Origin: Macrostomum lignano
Taxonomy: Eukaryota
Direction: 5' to 3'
Length of the DNA stretch: 64,000 nucleotides
Assembly: GCA_002269645.1 (NCBI GenBank)
Contig: NIVC01000334.1
Span: forward strand, 1-64,000
This document shows, in pieces, positions 12,668 through 25,046 of the stretch. The translations under genes and the position numbers were made by a program. The first letter of the stretch is position 1. Every line of letters begins with the position of its first letter. The notes beneath the pieces are model-generated. The model was given only the letters and a program-made list of their open reading frames with translations, did not search any database and was not told the DNA's origin.

Positions 12668-14584
12668 CTATGGATTATATAATAAAAATTAGTCAACAAA
12701 AGTTGAAGGTATTAAAATTAAGTAAATTGTTATATTATTATTATTATCAACCAATAAATATAGTAATATAAATATTGAATAAGAAACTTTATATTGATAA
12801 GATAAAAATTATAATATCCATTTTATAATCAACTTAGTTTTGAATTCCTAATAATTAGGAAATAAAAAAATCTAAGATCTTACTTAAGTCAATATTAAAA
12901 TCATTAAGATATTAATATTAGAAATCAATCAAGATCATAGAAAATTTCTACTAATATTAGTTATAGCTAAAAAAATTGAATCCTGGGATAACTTTGGTTG
13001 TGTTAGATTAGATCAAATTATGTCTAATAATTTGAGTTATTACCTGAGTCTAAAGTTTAGTCTAAAGAGTAAAAATTTTAAATTAAAAAAATTCACAATT
13101 TTGAAAAAAATCTTCAAAATGGGTATGTATTCTTATTTCAACCCTAGATAGATACCCTACTGATGGTTGTTAGTATTATTATAATTATATTACACATATT
13201 TGAAAACTCTGCCTTTAACTTGTTTGTTTGAGATCAAATATTTTCAGTGCTCTAATTTAAACTTTTAAAACCCTATTAAATATAATTAAAATGATACAAA
13301 AGTTTGGCAGTCTGAGCGGAAGGAACGAAAATTAATAAAAACTAGGATACAGCAAACACTTTAGGTAAGCAGGAAGTCAGAACAGATTAGATTGCATATT
13401 TAAATCAAAACATTGATCTATTACCAAACCAAAGCTTTTCAGAGAATACAGTATGTAGTGTAAAAAAGTAGTTGCACGAGACGATCATAATTTTACCTTT
13501 ACATATTTATGAATTTATTTCGCACCATAAGACTACCAATTTATATATTATTTAGTTATACTTAGCCTTTAAATTATTCATTTGCTGGAATGCTGTGTAT
13601 TAGTACGCTAGTCAGCGGATAGTGAAATTAGTAGACTTAAGTTCTAGGAAAAATGCTGATTTAAACTTAGAGCGCAAACAAGAACCCTTTTAAACAAAGT
13701 ACTGTATCCACCCGTAAAACATTAGCGTTTTTAGTCTAAGAATTGTATGTATTATAATAACTAGATGCACGTAACATTTAAAACTTGCATATTAATTTTA
13801 AAGTTATGGATATTGTACTACGAGTATTATAATCCATTGGTTTACACGAAAGAAACTCTCATAAACTAAATGCATATTGATATGGAAGTATAACCTCAGT
13901 AAATCAAAGAGGTACCATCAGCCCCCAATCACCTAGGGGCTTGGATACTTTGGGTTTTTGTGTGCAAGATGTATCTGCTAGCGATTTTCTGTTAATAGGT
14001 GATAAATTTCAAAGACTTAAGCTGTCAAGATCCTTTTTTCTCGAACAATAATTACCATAAGTTGTAAGATCAACGAATCAATTTGAGTTTATCGACTAAA
14101 ATAACGCAGATGTATGGAAGCCAACCTGATTTATTCCCTGAACAAGACATTCATGCCATGTTGTATTAAGCAAATTTACACTGTAAAGACTACAAAATTA
14201 TTGATATAGTGTGCAGAATCCCAAAATTAAAAGTAGTTTTGCTAATTCGAATCGAAGTCAAGAAAAAAGAGCTATAAGTGAATTGGCACTTGCATAATTA
14301 AAATAATTATCAAGGTAATTGAGTAAAATGTAAACATGTACACGCACATGGAGGACTATACATTTGACAGGAAAATGGATCAATTCTTTTGCTTATCGGG
14401 CTTGGCCACTGAACTATCACTATTCTGAAAAAACTAAATTCAATCTTAAAAGAAACACATTCGACTTCGGGAGCATAGGCTACATGTAAATCCCATGCCT
14501 TAACACCGAAGCAATTCCCTCCAGTAGACTTGGACATAAGGACTACAACAACACAACGTGTTGTTAAGTAGTCCTTGCTTGGAC

Positions 14585-14680
14585 ATCTCAACAATTCCCC
14601 AGTAAGCCTTTGACACATCAGACAATCCCCCCCCAGTAAGCCTCGACATCTCAGCGATTCCCCTGAGCAAGCAATTCCCC
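14585..14680. repeat. short diverged copy of the 6745-8155 minisatellite family
   Basis: CCCCAGTAAGCCT..GACATCTCAGC units. Confidence 0.8.
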
Positions 14681-15344
14681 CGATAGCAATTAAACAACCC
14701 CCATACTCGTATAGCAAGCAACCCCAGATAGCAATTCATATCATAGCCTCAGAAAAAAGGACTGAAGTTATCGGAAAAATGCTTTGCCAGAAAACATGCA
14801 AACTCGAAAGAGGATTCGTAAGCTTCGATTCTGACGTCAGCAGGATTTCGGGCATCAGCAGGATTTCAGCATCGATAATGTCGCTAATTTGACTTAGCTT
14901 CCCAAAACGCGCCTTCAATCACATGCTCTTTCACAATATAAGGAAACTGCTTTTCATTGTTAAGGCCTTAATTGCTAGATCCCGATCGGTCTAGCTTAGG
15001 GACTATGAAAGTGGACTCTATTGCTTTTGTAAATCAAATTCATAATGAGACCGAGCACGACGAGAATCCCCATTTGCTGCCATGGCCAATAAATCCTATC
15101 AAGTTGATAAAAAATCAATCAATGGCCGGGTGAAACTCTGTCGCAGAGGCGACAGCAGCAGCAAATGGGGATTATGGACTTGTATGGCGGTACGGGTTAT
15201 GGATCGCAATCAGTTTTCATCTGGAGCGTTACTTCCGGCCCCATTCCGGTGCTTAAGCTGACTTTCCGCTCAGAGGCTTGTGCAGCCTTCCAGAGCAACG
15301 AGCACACCATCAGCAGAATTGCGAGAAGAAATTGCGACAATAGG

Positions 15345-17294
15345 TCAAACAAGGTCAACGCCGCTGCCAACCCGCCCCGAGGAGCTCATGCGTCTAAGCG
15401 AAGCTCGATTCTGCCGAACTGGCAGAGCCGGCTGCTGGGCGCCGACCGACGTTGGGCGCAGCTTCACGCTGGCGCCAATAGCGCCGCGAGGTTGCGCTGG
15501 AGGCACCGATGGCGCCTGTAGCGGCGGCTTGCCCGATGTAGAGACGGCATCAGCGTTGGCATCGAGCAGCTGCAGCCGACGCTGACCGGAGGGCGGACGT
15601 TGTCTACCGTGCCGGAGATGCGGTGGTCCGTTGCTGGATGACTGGAAATTGCGGATGTACGGGAGTGACAGTGGTGCAGAGATCGGCAACTAATGTAGAA
15701 TACGTTTAGAAACACAAACTATCTAATTGAGTACCGATTAGGATACAAGTGCGTGGTTACATGCTTTTATGGTGGATTACAGATAGGATTTGGAAGTCCA
15801 ATATGCAAAAATTGTGAGTTTTTTTGGTATCCGATAGTAACAAACCTGAGCCGTCTGATAGGTGGCGGTGCCTGGCCGACCAGAGCCGGCCGAAGCCAGC
15901 AAGTAGACGCGCACCACCTCGCTGTTCTCCGACTCTGTCGGCAGTTGTTGAGCAAAGCGTCGTAGACGAGGCGCCTGACGGAGGCGCGAAGCCTCTTCGC
16001 AATTGATGACGCTTGAAGGCTGGAACCGATTGAGTGACTTGGTCCGGCGCATCGGCTGGGCGGCCACTCTGGATTGCGGCGGCGGGCTCGGCTCTAGCGG
16101 TTCTGGAGCTTGAGACGGAGCCGACAAGCCGCTGTCGTCGTTCTCGGCGACATCTTCGAGGGCGAGGGGATCGCAGCCGACCACGATGCCGTCGGCTCTC
16201 GGCGTCTGCTGCAGCAGCTGCGGCTTCTCCGTCCGGCTGGACATCACGTCCGCCCAGATGGTGTCGTCAGCAGTGTCAGCGTCTGTCGCAGCAGGCGCTA
16301 CCGGTTGCCGACCGGATCGGCCGTCGGGCAGGTGACTCACGTCTGAAGCGGTTGGATGAGGAGTTTTGGCCTACTTTCGTAGCTTGGGTAGCTCGAAAAC
16401 CAGTGCTGGGATTGACAGCTTATAACTGGATGGCACTGCGTATGTCCTGCACCATGTCGCGATGTCGCGGGGACTCAGCGTACTCGGTTGAAGCATGGGG
16501 CGGTTGAAGCATCTGACTCTCGCGCCATAGAGCCCAGGTTCGATGATTCTTTGTCGTGCGACTTTTGACAATAAGAGCCAACCCCCAAGGCACAGTGAGC
16601 ACACCAAGGCACAGTGAGCACACCAAGGCACAGTGAGCAAACCAAGGCACACCAACAGAAATGAGTTTGTGTTTGCGTACGAATCCGTGTGCGTGCTAGG
16701 GGGTCAGGGTGGTCGCCTTGATTTGTGGCAGGGCACAATTCCCCCCCCCCCCGAGACAACTGGCGAACTTACAGCCTACTTGCACAAGCGGGCTCACCCT
16801 TTGGCGCCTTGTAGTCCACAACAGCTGCTGCGTGCCAGTTGCCGCACGAGGCCGACAGCACGGCGAACGGCACCGGTACGCGGCGAGGCGAAAACAGCCG
16901 CGGCGCTGCGGTGTCGGCTGCTGCCTGGACTCCCTGTGCAGCTGTCGATGTTGCCGTCTCTATTGTAGTCGTCGGAAAAGCCGGCAGGACGCCGGAGTTT
17001 CGGCCCCACATCCACAGCTCGCCGCTGGCAGTGACGGCGCAGGAATAGTTCTCGGCGCAGTCGACACTTTTTATCCATGCGCCGACGGTTTCGTCTGTCG
17101 AAGCCCAGATGATGTCCAATAGCATCGGCGAGGCGGCGAAGTTGACGCGCTCGCCCAGGCCGCACTGGCCGTCCAGATTGCAGCCGAGTGCGAACAGCTG
17201 GAAGCCGCTGGCGGACAGAAACAGCGAGTGACTGGAGCCACCGCTGCGCAAGTGGGAGCACGGATGGGATTCAATTTTGGTGCGTTATTGGCAG

Positions 17295-17334
<40 letters not shown>

Positions 17335-17338
17335 CTAG

Positions 17339-17425
<87 letters not shown>

Positions 17426-17458
17426 GTGTCTGTCTGTCTGTCTGTCTGTCTGTCCTAG

Positions 17459-17522
<64 letters not shown>

Positions 17523-17572
17523 CTAGTGTCTGTCTGTCTGTCTGTGTGTCTGTGTGTCTGTCTGTCTGTCTA

Positions 17573-17663
<91 letters not shown>

Positions 17664-17709
17664 GTCTGTCTGTCTATCTGTCTGTCTGTCTGTCTGTCTG
17701 TCTGTTTTA

Positions 17710-17762
<53 letters not shown>

Positions 17763-17820
17763 CTAGTGTCTGTCTGTCTGTCTGTATGTCTGTGTGTCTG
17801 TCTGTCTGTCTGTCTGTCTA

Positions 17821-17905
<85 letters not shown>

Positions 17906-17948
17906 GTGTCTGTCTGTCTGTCTGTCTGTCTATCTGTCTGTCTGTCTA

Positions 17949-17987
<39 letters not shown>

Positions 17988-18060
17988 GTCTGTCTGTCTC
18001 TCTGTCGGTGTGTCTTAGTGTCTGTCTTAGTGTCTGTCCTAGTGTCTGTCTGTCTGTCTA

Positions 18061-18099
<39 letters not shown>

Positions 18100-21024
18100 G
18101 TCGGTGTGTCTTAGTGTCTGTCTTAGTGTCTGTCTTAGTGTCTGTCTGTCTGTCTGTCTGTCTTTCCGTCCGTCTGTCTTTCGTTCCAGTGGTTATTCTT
18201 AACGCTTTTTTCATCGTTGTTGAAGTCGTCGGGTCTCTGCAATTGGCTGGTTTAAATCGACAACTTTAATTTGGATAAATCAAGTTTCGTTTGCATCAGT
18301 CGAAGCTCGGTGCCATTTCAGAGCAAAACCGATAGTTTGACCCTGTTTAAACAGAATCACCTGGCACAAGCGATCGACGGCTGCTCCTGAGTATCCAGAC
18401 TATTATTAACTTCCGCAGACGCAACGGGAAAGTTGAGCAATTTCGGTTTGATGACGTGGTCTCCGCGACTGCCGCAGGCTCTGCAGTAGCCCCACACGTA
18501 GCAGCGGCCTGCGTCTGAATTTGTGTGTAAATAAATATGGTGGTTTGTAGGATAGAGAACCTCTCGGATTCAGTTAAACCAACGTTTGCGTACTGGTATC
18601 ACTACTTGTAAGTAAGAGGGTTGGGAGCCAGAGGAAATTCAAGAACACGGCCTAAAATTTTTGTTGCGCACCTTCTCAAACAAGAATCAAGTCGCCAGCC
18701 CTCTGGACCGTCGAGATATTCGACGATTCTGCCAGAAGGTCGGATTTTTCCCATAAGCGCCAGTGTATTCAGTACACCCCTGTGCTCCAATCAGCACTGC
18801 GCCTCAGTGCAGTCTTGCCAAGCCTCCAAATTTTATCAGCAAGTCGACGTCGTCCGGGTGATTACTGATTGCTTGAGAGACTAGCTGAGGATGTCCAGCA
18901 GTTGAGGTTTGCTCATTATTGGAGCTTGAAAAGAAAAATCTGATATACTTGCAACAACATCTTCATAGTCACCTGGTGCCACCTGTTGAAGGTGCCGACG
19001 GCGTCCGGGTGATGACTAAATGCTCGAGAGACTAGCTGAGGATGTCCAGCAGTTGAGGCTTGCCCGCTGTCGAGGCTTGATCAGCGAAACTTGAGAAATT
19101 CGCGTCAAGGTCAAGGTGTCCATAGTCACATGGTGCCCCCTGTTGAGGGTCCAGAAGCTCCGCCTGGGTGAAGGCCAGTGACCAACGAAGTCAGGGCTGA
19201 TGCAGACACATGTGGTCGACGTGCTGATGAAATTTGGAGGCTTGGCAAGGCTGCACTGAGGCGCAGTGCTGGTTGGCGCACATGGGTGTACTGAATACAC
19301 TAGCACTTATGGGAAAAATCCGACCTTCTGGCAGAATCACTGAATATCTCGACGGTCCGGAGGGCTGGCTACTGGATTCTTGTTCGAGATTGTGCGCAAC
19401 AAAAACCCCGTATTTTTTAATTTCGTATGCATGGGTTGCTCCGTTCATTTCCCCTCCTGGTAGTTGATCTACTGTTTGGGGCTTGTGTGCGAAAATTGCT
19501 GAGGTTATCGGGCGATAAGAAAGTCAGGGCCGCTGTACACCCTGTGTGAGCGTGTGTATGAGTGCCGTGCCCGCGTACAGCATTGGCGCGCTTGTAATGT
19601 GCTCAGGAGTCTGCGGAATGGGCAGAACTGCCTCAGCGCTGGCTGTTGAACGATGAACCGCAGCTCTCCTGAGAATATTGATTTTTAATTAAGCAACCGA
19701 GCGCCGTCCCTCACCATCGATTGCGATGCTGTGATTCTGCCCGGCCGCTATGCTGGCTACTGGACTGCGAAACGCGTTTTCTATGGGTGTGGGCGTCTCC
19801 AGCACGTCAGTCTTGACGCCGTCTGGCATGGGCACGCCCAGCTGACCGTAGATGTTGCGTCTGCATGCGGAAGTTAGCGGGTTTCAATTAGACGGATGAC
19901 ACCTAATTGACGCCAACATGGAGCGCCTTCAATAGACAACTCATTCACTCAGTAGACCCAGTTGCCCAGTAGACCCCTCAGACACTAGTAGACACCTCAG
20001 CCACTCACTAGAGCCCTCAGTCACTCAGAGGACACCTCAGCCACTCAGTAGAGTATTCAGTAACTCAGTAGACCCCGAAATCAGTAGGACTCACCCAACG
20101 GAGACGACTTCGCCAGAGCTGCACAGCAGCAAAGAATGGTACTGACCGCAGGCCACCTGCTTTACCTTGTCGGGCAGAGTCAGAGACACAGGTATCAGCT
20201 GTAACAAATAAGTGTTTATTAATTAAGTGAACCATTTCAGCATCTTATAGGCTAACAACAGGGTGGCTGTAAACGCCATACCCGATCCTGCCGCTGCATC
20301 TCCTCCAGAGCGTCCACGGACAGCTGTCCATAGAAATTGCAGCCGCAGCCTCGAACGGTGCCATCCCGCAACAGGAACAGACTGTGCCGATCGCCCGCTG
20401 ACACCTGGGCCACCTCGGCGTCAATTGATGCTCGGGTTGGCGTCAGACAGTGTCGCTGGTGCGAGCAGCCCAGTCTGCATGTTTGAGAAGGAAATGGACT
20501 TAAGAATATTGACAACTTAATTGATTGCAGCTTCGTGTCTAGGGATGGATTTAATCTCCACACTAGAGCCTCTTAACTTAAGTGAGAAAATTTAACACTT
20601 ACTGGCCATTTTGGTTGCTTCCCCAACCCAGCGCCGTACCATCACCTGCAGGTTGTAATTGTAGGTTGTGCTATTAGTAGTAAAGACTTAATGCAATAAG
20701 TAGCAATAAAACAATCTAAAGGCAGCTAGATAAAACAATATTCTATGAAACTAGTTCGCATTATTCTAAATTTTAATTGCTGCAAAATTAATATAAATAG
20801 CAAAAAACACTTATTTTTTATTACTCACCTTTTAATGCGAAAGTGTAAAAAGCGCCACAATATACAGCCGAAATGTTTACAGATGGATTTTTCAAAATAC
20901 CATCGAAGGCACATACAGTGTCATCAATTATATGCCCATGCTGTCCGAATGTTCCACTGCCCCAGCAGAATATCCTGGGCTCAGTAAAAGCCTTCGGATC
21001 TACTCGTGAAAGACTGTCTTTCAT
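15345..21024 (-). CDS. RCC1-repeat (RLD beta-propeller) protein with disordered C-terminus, 9 exons, ~705 aa
   Basis: Exons 20829-21024, 20603-20645, 20282-20474, 20095-20198, 19715-19860, 18361-18508, 16798-17243, 15846-16342, 15345-15689. All junctions are GT/AG with matching phases; total 2118 nt. RCC1 motifs: [85 protein letters not shown]. Confidence 0.9.
16584..16650. repeat. 19-bp repeat (CCAAGGCACAGTGAGCACA) x3-4
   Basis: Seen directly in RCC1-gene intron 7. Confidence 0.8.
17295..18175. repeat. (TCTG)n microsatellite filling RCC1-gene intron 6
   Basis: Seen directly. Confidence 0.97.
18657..19405. repeat. ~190-bp inverted duplication (18657-18848 / 19215-19405) with internal ~60-bp direct repeat; decayed mobile-element remnant
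   Basis: Arms align in reverse complement (e.g. CCAGAAGGTCGGATTTTTCCCATAAG). Direct repeat CGTCCGGGTGAT..GAGAGACTAGCTGAGGATGTCCAGCAGTTGAGG at ~18851 and ~19001. Confidence 0.8.
19520..19598 (-). repeat. dispersed ~90-100 bp repeat, copy 2
   Basis: Reverse complement matches 5587-5690 and 48275-48373. Confidence 0.8.
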
Positions 21025-22930
21025 AAATTTCGATGAAATTACTCTCTCAAATCAATCTAGGTACTTTTTAATTTATTTCGTTAATTAATAAACCTCCTGG
21101 AAATCTTCAGCAAAAGGTTAAACGTTGATATACAAAGACTAATTGATTCAAATTGTAACCATCAAGTTATTGTGACATCTATTGGACGGTGAATATAAAA
21201 TTGTTGTATAAGCTTGATACCGTGCTTAAAGCAATATTCGAGTACAATGCAAAGGTGATGTTTTGTACAAAAAGAACAGGCTGACAATACTAAATATAGA
21301 CGACAAAATTTCAAGCAAGAAAGGTAATTTAAAAACGCACGATCTCATGGATGGTCTTTCTCATAAAGTAGTCAAGAGTCACCAAGTTAAAATAACGTAC
21401 TTCTTAGCAACCGAATTAACAAATATCTAATACACAGTGACCTAAAATGTTATACATGCAAACATTTTAAATTGCAAAAAAAATATTTGATAATTTGTAT
21501 ACGTTGGTAAGGTACTTTGTCCTGCTTTAGCTCTTGTTTCAGATAGCAGATAAAAATTTCTTAGAAAGCGATTTATCGAAATTCATTGCTCGCGCGCTGA
21601 GTGAGAAGAACAGGTGTAGTTAGGGTTTTTTGAATCTTTGCAAATAATAAATGCATACAAACCAATCAAGGCCCAAAAACATATAACTACTTGCTGTCTA
21701 TTTCCCTGCCACCAGTGATGTAGAGTCGTTTTATATTTTGGTAATGGTATGAAATTTCTTTTTTTTTAAATTTTGGTATTATTTTAATGTCATGTCATTA
21801 TGGTTATGAATTTTTAGCTCAGTAGCTGGCTAGCACCAAGGCGTAGGCCTATATCAGACCATGGCCATGCTATCACAAATCACAAATTTACCATTCTTAA
21901 GTTTATAATTAAGCAAAAAATAAATATTCAAGGCTGCCAAAGGTTAGACCTAGCAGAATGGGCTCCACTGTGTCTGGACTGAATGCCTAAAGCCAGTGCC
22001 AGTAGAGCCCCTAGGTCTAGCCTAGCCCCTTGCTGGTAAGTCAAGTAAGTCAAAAAATTTTAAAATTTATCAAGGACTAGGCTACTAGGCCTAGTCCATT
22101 AAGATGACAATAAGATAAAATATTAGTCCAAAGAAAAAATATTTGAATATTATAACAATTTAAAGCAACATGTATCATAGTCATAGACATAGTATCAGCT
22201 TTTCTAATTCTTTTATTCTAAATATAAATATAAATCTAAAATCAGAAGCCTGAATATTAAATATATATCTGGCAACAAATCTACAATAAGTCTACCTAAA
22301 ATACCCATCATCTATCTATCTACACAATATCATTGATATATAATCTAAAAATCTAAAAATATTGAAATTTTTATTAATTTGATATCAAAATAAATTTAAT
22401 ACTACTAGTCTAATTAATCTAATAAAAAATAATATAAAAATATAAATCTAAGTCCAATGTCTATTCTTCTTAAAATAGGCCTATCCTAGGATGTTTTTAC
22501 TTTATATATCAAACATTGTTAAAATTTAAAAATTATACAATTTCTAAAATAAATTAATAAAATAAAAGGAAATCTAGTAAATGAAAAACAAAAAATAAAT
22601 CACAAATCATAAAAAATTATAGAAAGATAAAAGTGTTCTTAAACAATATTTAAATAAAAAATTCTTATTACTTCTTGAAATAAAAAAATAGATAAACAAA
22701 AGTCTTTATCAAATATAAAACATATGAAGAAAATTTCTAATATATAGCACCATTTTTTCTTTTTCTTTCCTTTTTTAATTTTAAAGCAAAACTTATTATT
22801 GACTATTTCTATTGGAATAGAATCACCAAAACCTAATAGATGACACATAGAGGTACTTTAAAAAACTGTGCCTATGTAGCTCTATTAGAATACATGGCTT
22901 GGATACTTAAAAAGACTTAATTATATGCCT

Positions 22931-23010
22931 ATGCAACTAGGTAAACAGTCAGTGGAAGTAACTATGACTATCTTATTAAGGCTAAATGCCTTATCTTCTT
23001 GTTAGTACTA
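22931..23010 (+). pseudogene. second decayed 28S rRNA fragment (R2/I-PpoI target region)
   Basis: GGTAAAC..GAAGTAACTATGACTATCTTATTAAGGCTAAATGCCTTATC..TTAGTACTAC; shares flanks and scar with 11921-11998. Confidence 0.65.
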
Positions 23011-24145
23011 CCTTTAACTAATAAACAATGAAACTATTTGGCTAAGAAGGTTGAATGTTAAGACTTTGAATTATACTTTTCTAGTTTTCTATATTTGCCT
23101 TTTTATTTTGTAAGTGGAGCATAAGCTATATGCTCATGCACGCATATGCCCACACATATAGATACACTTATAAGTGCACCCACATGTGCACATCTGCCTA
23201 TGCTTGCCAAATTTCTCAGGTAAAGCTGCCAGGTCAAGTCTGCCCTTATAGGCCAGATAGTGTCTACAAAATGAAGACTTAGGCCCTATTCCAATAGGGT
23301 TGACTTTTAACCAAAATTAAGATAAAGATACTATTAATAAAATTATATAGTATAAAAGCATTTTTTCTAGAATACCACTAGCAAATTATACCATATATAT
23401 TAATAATAATTTGATAGGATATATGGAGAATTTTGTATATATCTTAACAATGGAGCTCTTAATGCATTTGTTAAAGGTCTCTAATAAATCTTGATCCTTG
23501 GGATACAATAGGATGCAGCCTATTAAGCCTATGAAACCATTAAAAATATACCCATTTAGAATGTCTTCTATATGTTTATCTTTTTTTGGCAATCTATATG
23601 TATCATCTCTAGATCTCTATCTTTCTATCTATCATCTATACATATATATCTATATCTATAACAATCTATTTCAAGTTGTGACCCTTACAGTAATACATTT
23701 AAGTGATTGCCTACTAAATAAAATAGTAGTAAAGATCAAGAATGGAAGTAAATGTACAATATGCCCACAGGTGAGGTCATGCCTCAGGGGTGACAATGAG
23801 TGAGAACTCTTAAAGTGGCATTGGCCTCTTGTGATTTTGAATTGCAGCTGCAATCACAATTTACTTATAAAAACTCACAAAACCCATTCATATTTAGTAG
23901 AAACAGATGCCATTTCTAAACTATAATGCAGCATTTGATAGCAGTTTTATAGCGCAGTTCCCAGACAGCCTTAGTGTGCAAATGCACTTTGACCTTCCAG
24001 TAGCAAAGTCAGAGTTTGAAGTTCACACTTGTAAGTCGAGTGGAACAGCAAAGCAAAAAAAACAGATACATTTAGGAAAAATATTGAAGCAGCAATGCTC
24101 TGGTAATGTAACTTCTGTATCACTTCAAGTAATCAAAAACTGAGT

Positions 24146-24905
24146 TACTGACTGACTCACTGACTGACTCACTGACTCACTGACTGACTGACTCACTGAC
24201 TGACTGACTGACTCACTAACTCACTGACTGACTGACTGACTCACTAACTCACTGACTGACTCACTGACTCACTGACTGACTCACTGACTCACTGACTGAC
24301 TCACTGACTGACTCACTGACTGACTGACTCACTGACTGACTGACTCACTGACTGACTGACTGACTCACTAACTCACTGACTGACTCACTGACTGACTCAC
24401 TGACTGACCCACTGACTCACTGACTGACTCACTGACTGACTCACTGACTGACTCACTGACTGACTGACTCACTCACTGACTGACTGACTCACTGACTGAC
24501 TGACTCACTAACTCACTGACTGACTCACTGACTCACTGACTGACTCACTGACTCACTGACTGACTCACTGACTGACTCACTGACTGACTGACTCACTGAC
24601 TGACTGACTCACTGACTGACTGACTGACTCACTAACTCACTGACTGACTCACTGACTGACTCACTGACTGACCCACTGACTCACTGACTGACTCACTGAC
24701 TGACTCACTGACTGACTGACTCACTGACTGACTGACTCACTGACTCACTGACTGACTGACTGACTGACTCACTGACTCACTCACTTACTGACTGACTCGC
24801 TCACTCACTCACTCACTCACTCACTCACTCACTCACTCACACTCACTCACTCACTTACTCACTCACTCACTCACTCACACTCACTCACTCACTCACTCAC
24901 TCATT
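24146..24905. repeat. (ACTG/ACTC)n compound tetranucleotide microsatellite
   Basis: Seen directly. Confidence 0.97.
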
Positions 24906-25046
24906 CAGTCGCTTGCTGAGTGGAAACATTCGAGGAAATGCATTTTAATTTAATCACGTGACAAATCTCTCCCCTAGTGATTAGGAATGCAAACAAACAG
25001 TTAAAATCCACTGAGCCGCTCATCACCCGCCGCTGCTATTTTGCAG

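Noticed and set aside
16343-16600. Possible extra exon in RCC1-gene intron 7
   Set aside because: No acceptor/donor pair fits the required phase 1-1.
23386-23592. ORF faintly resembling a Harbinger/IS5-type DDE C-terminus (FNKCIKSSIVKI)
   Set aside because: Catalytic residues are not recognisable and the region is heavily mutated; an HMM search is needed.
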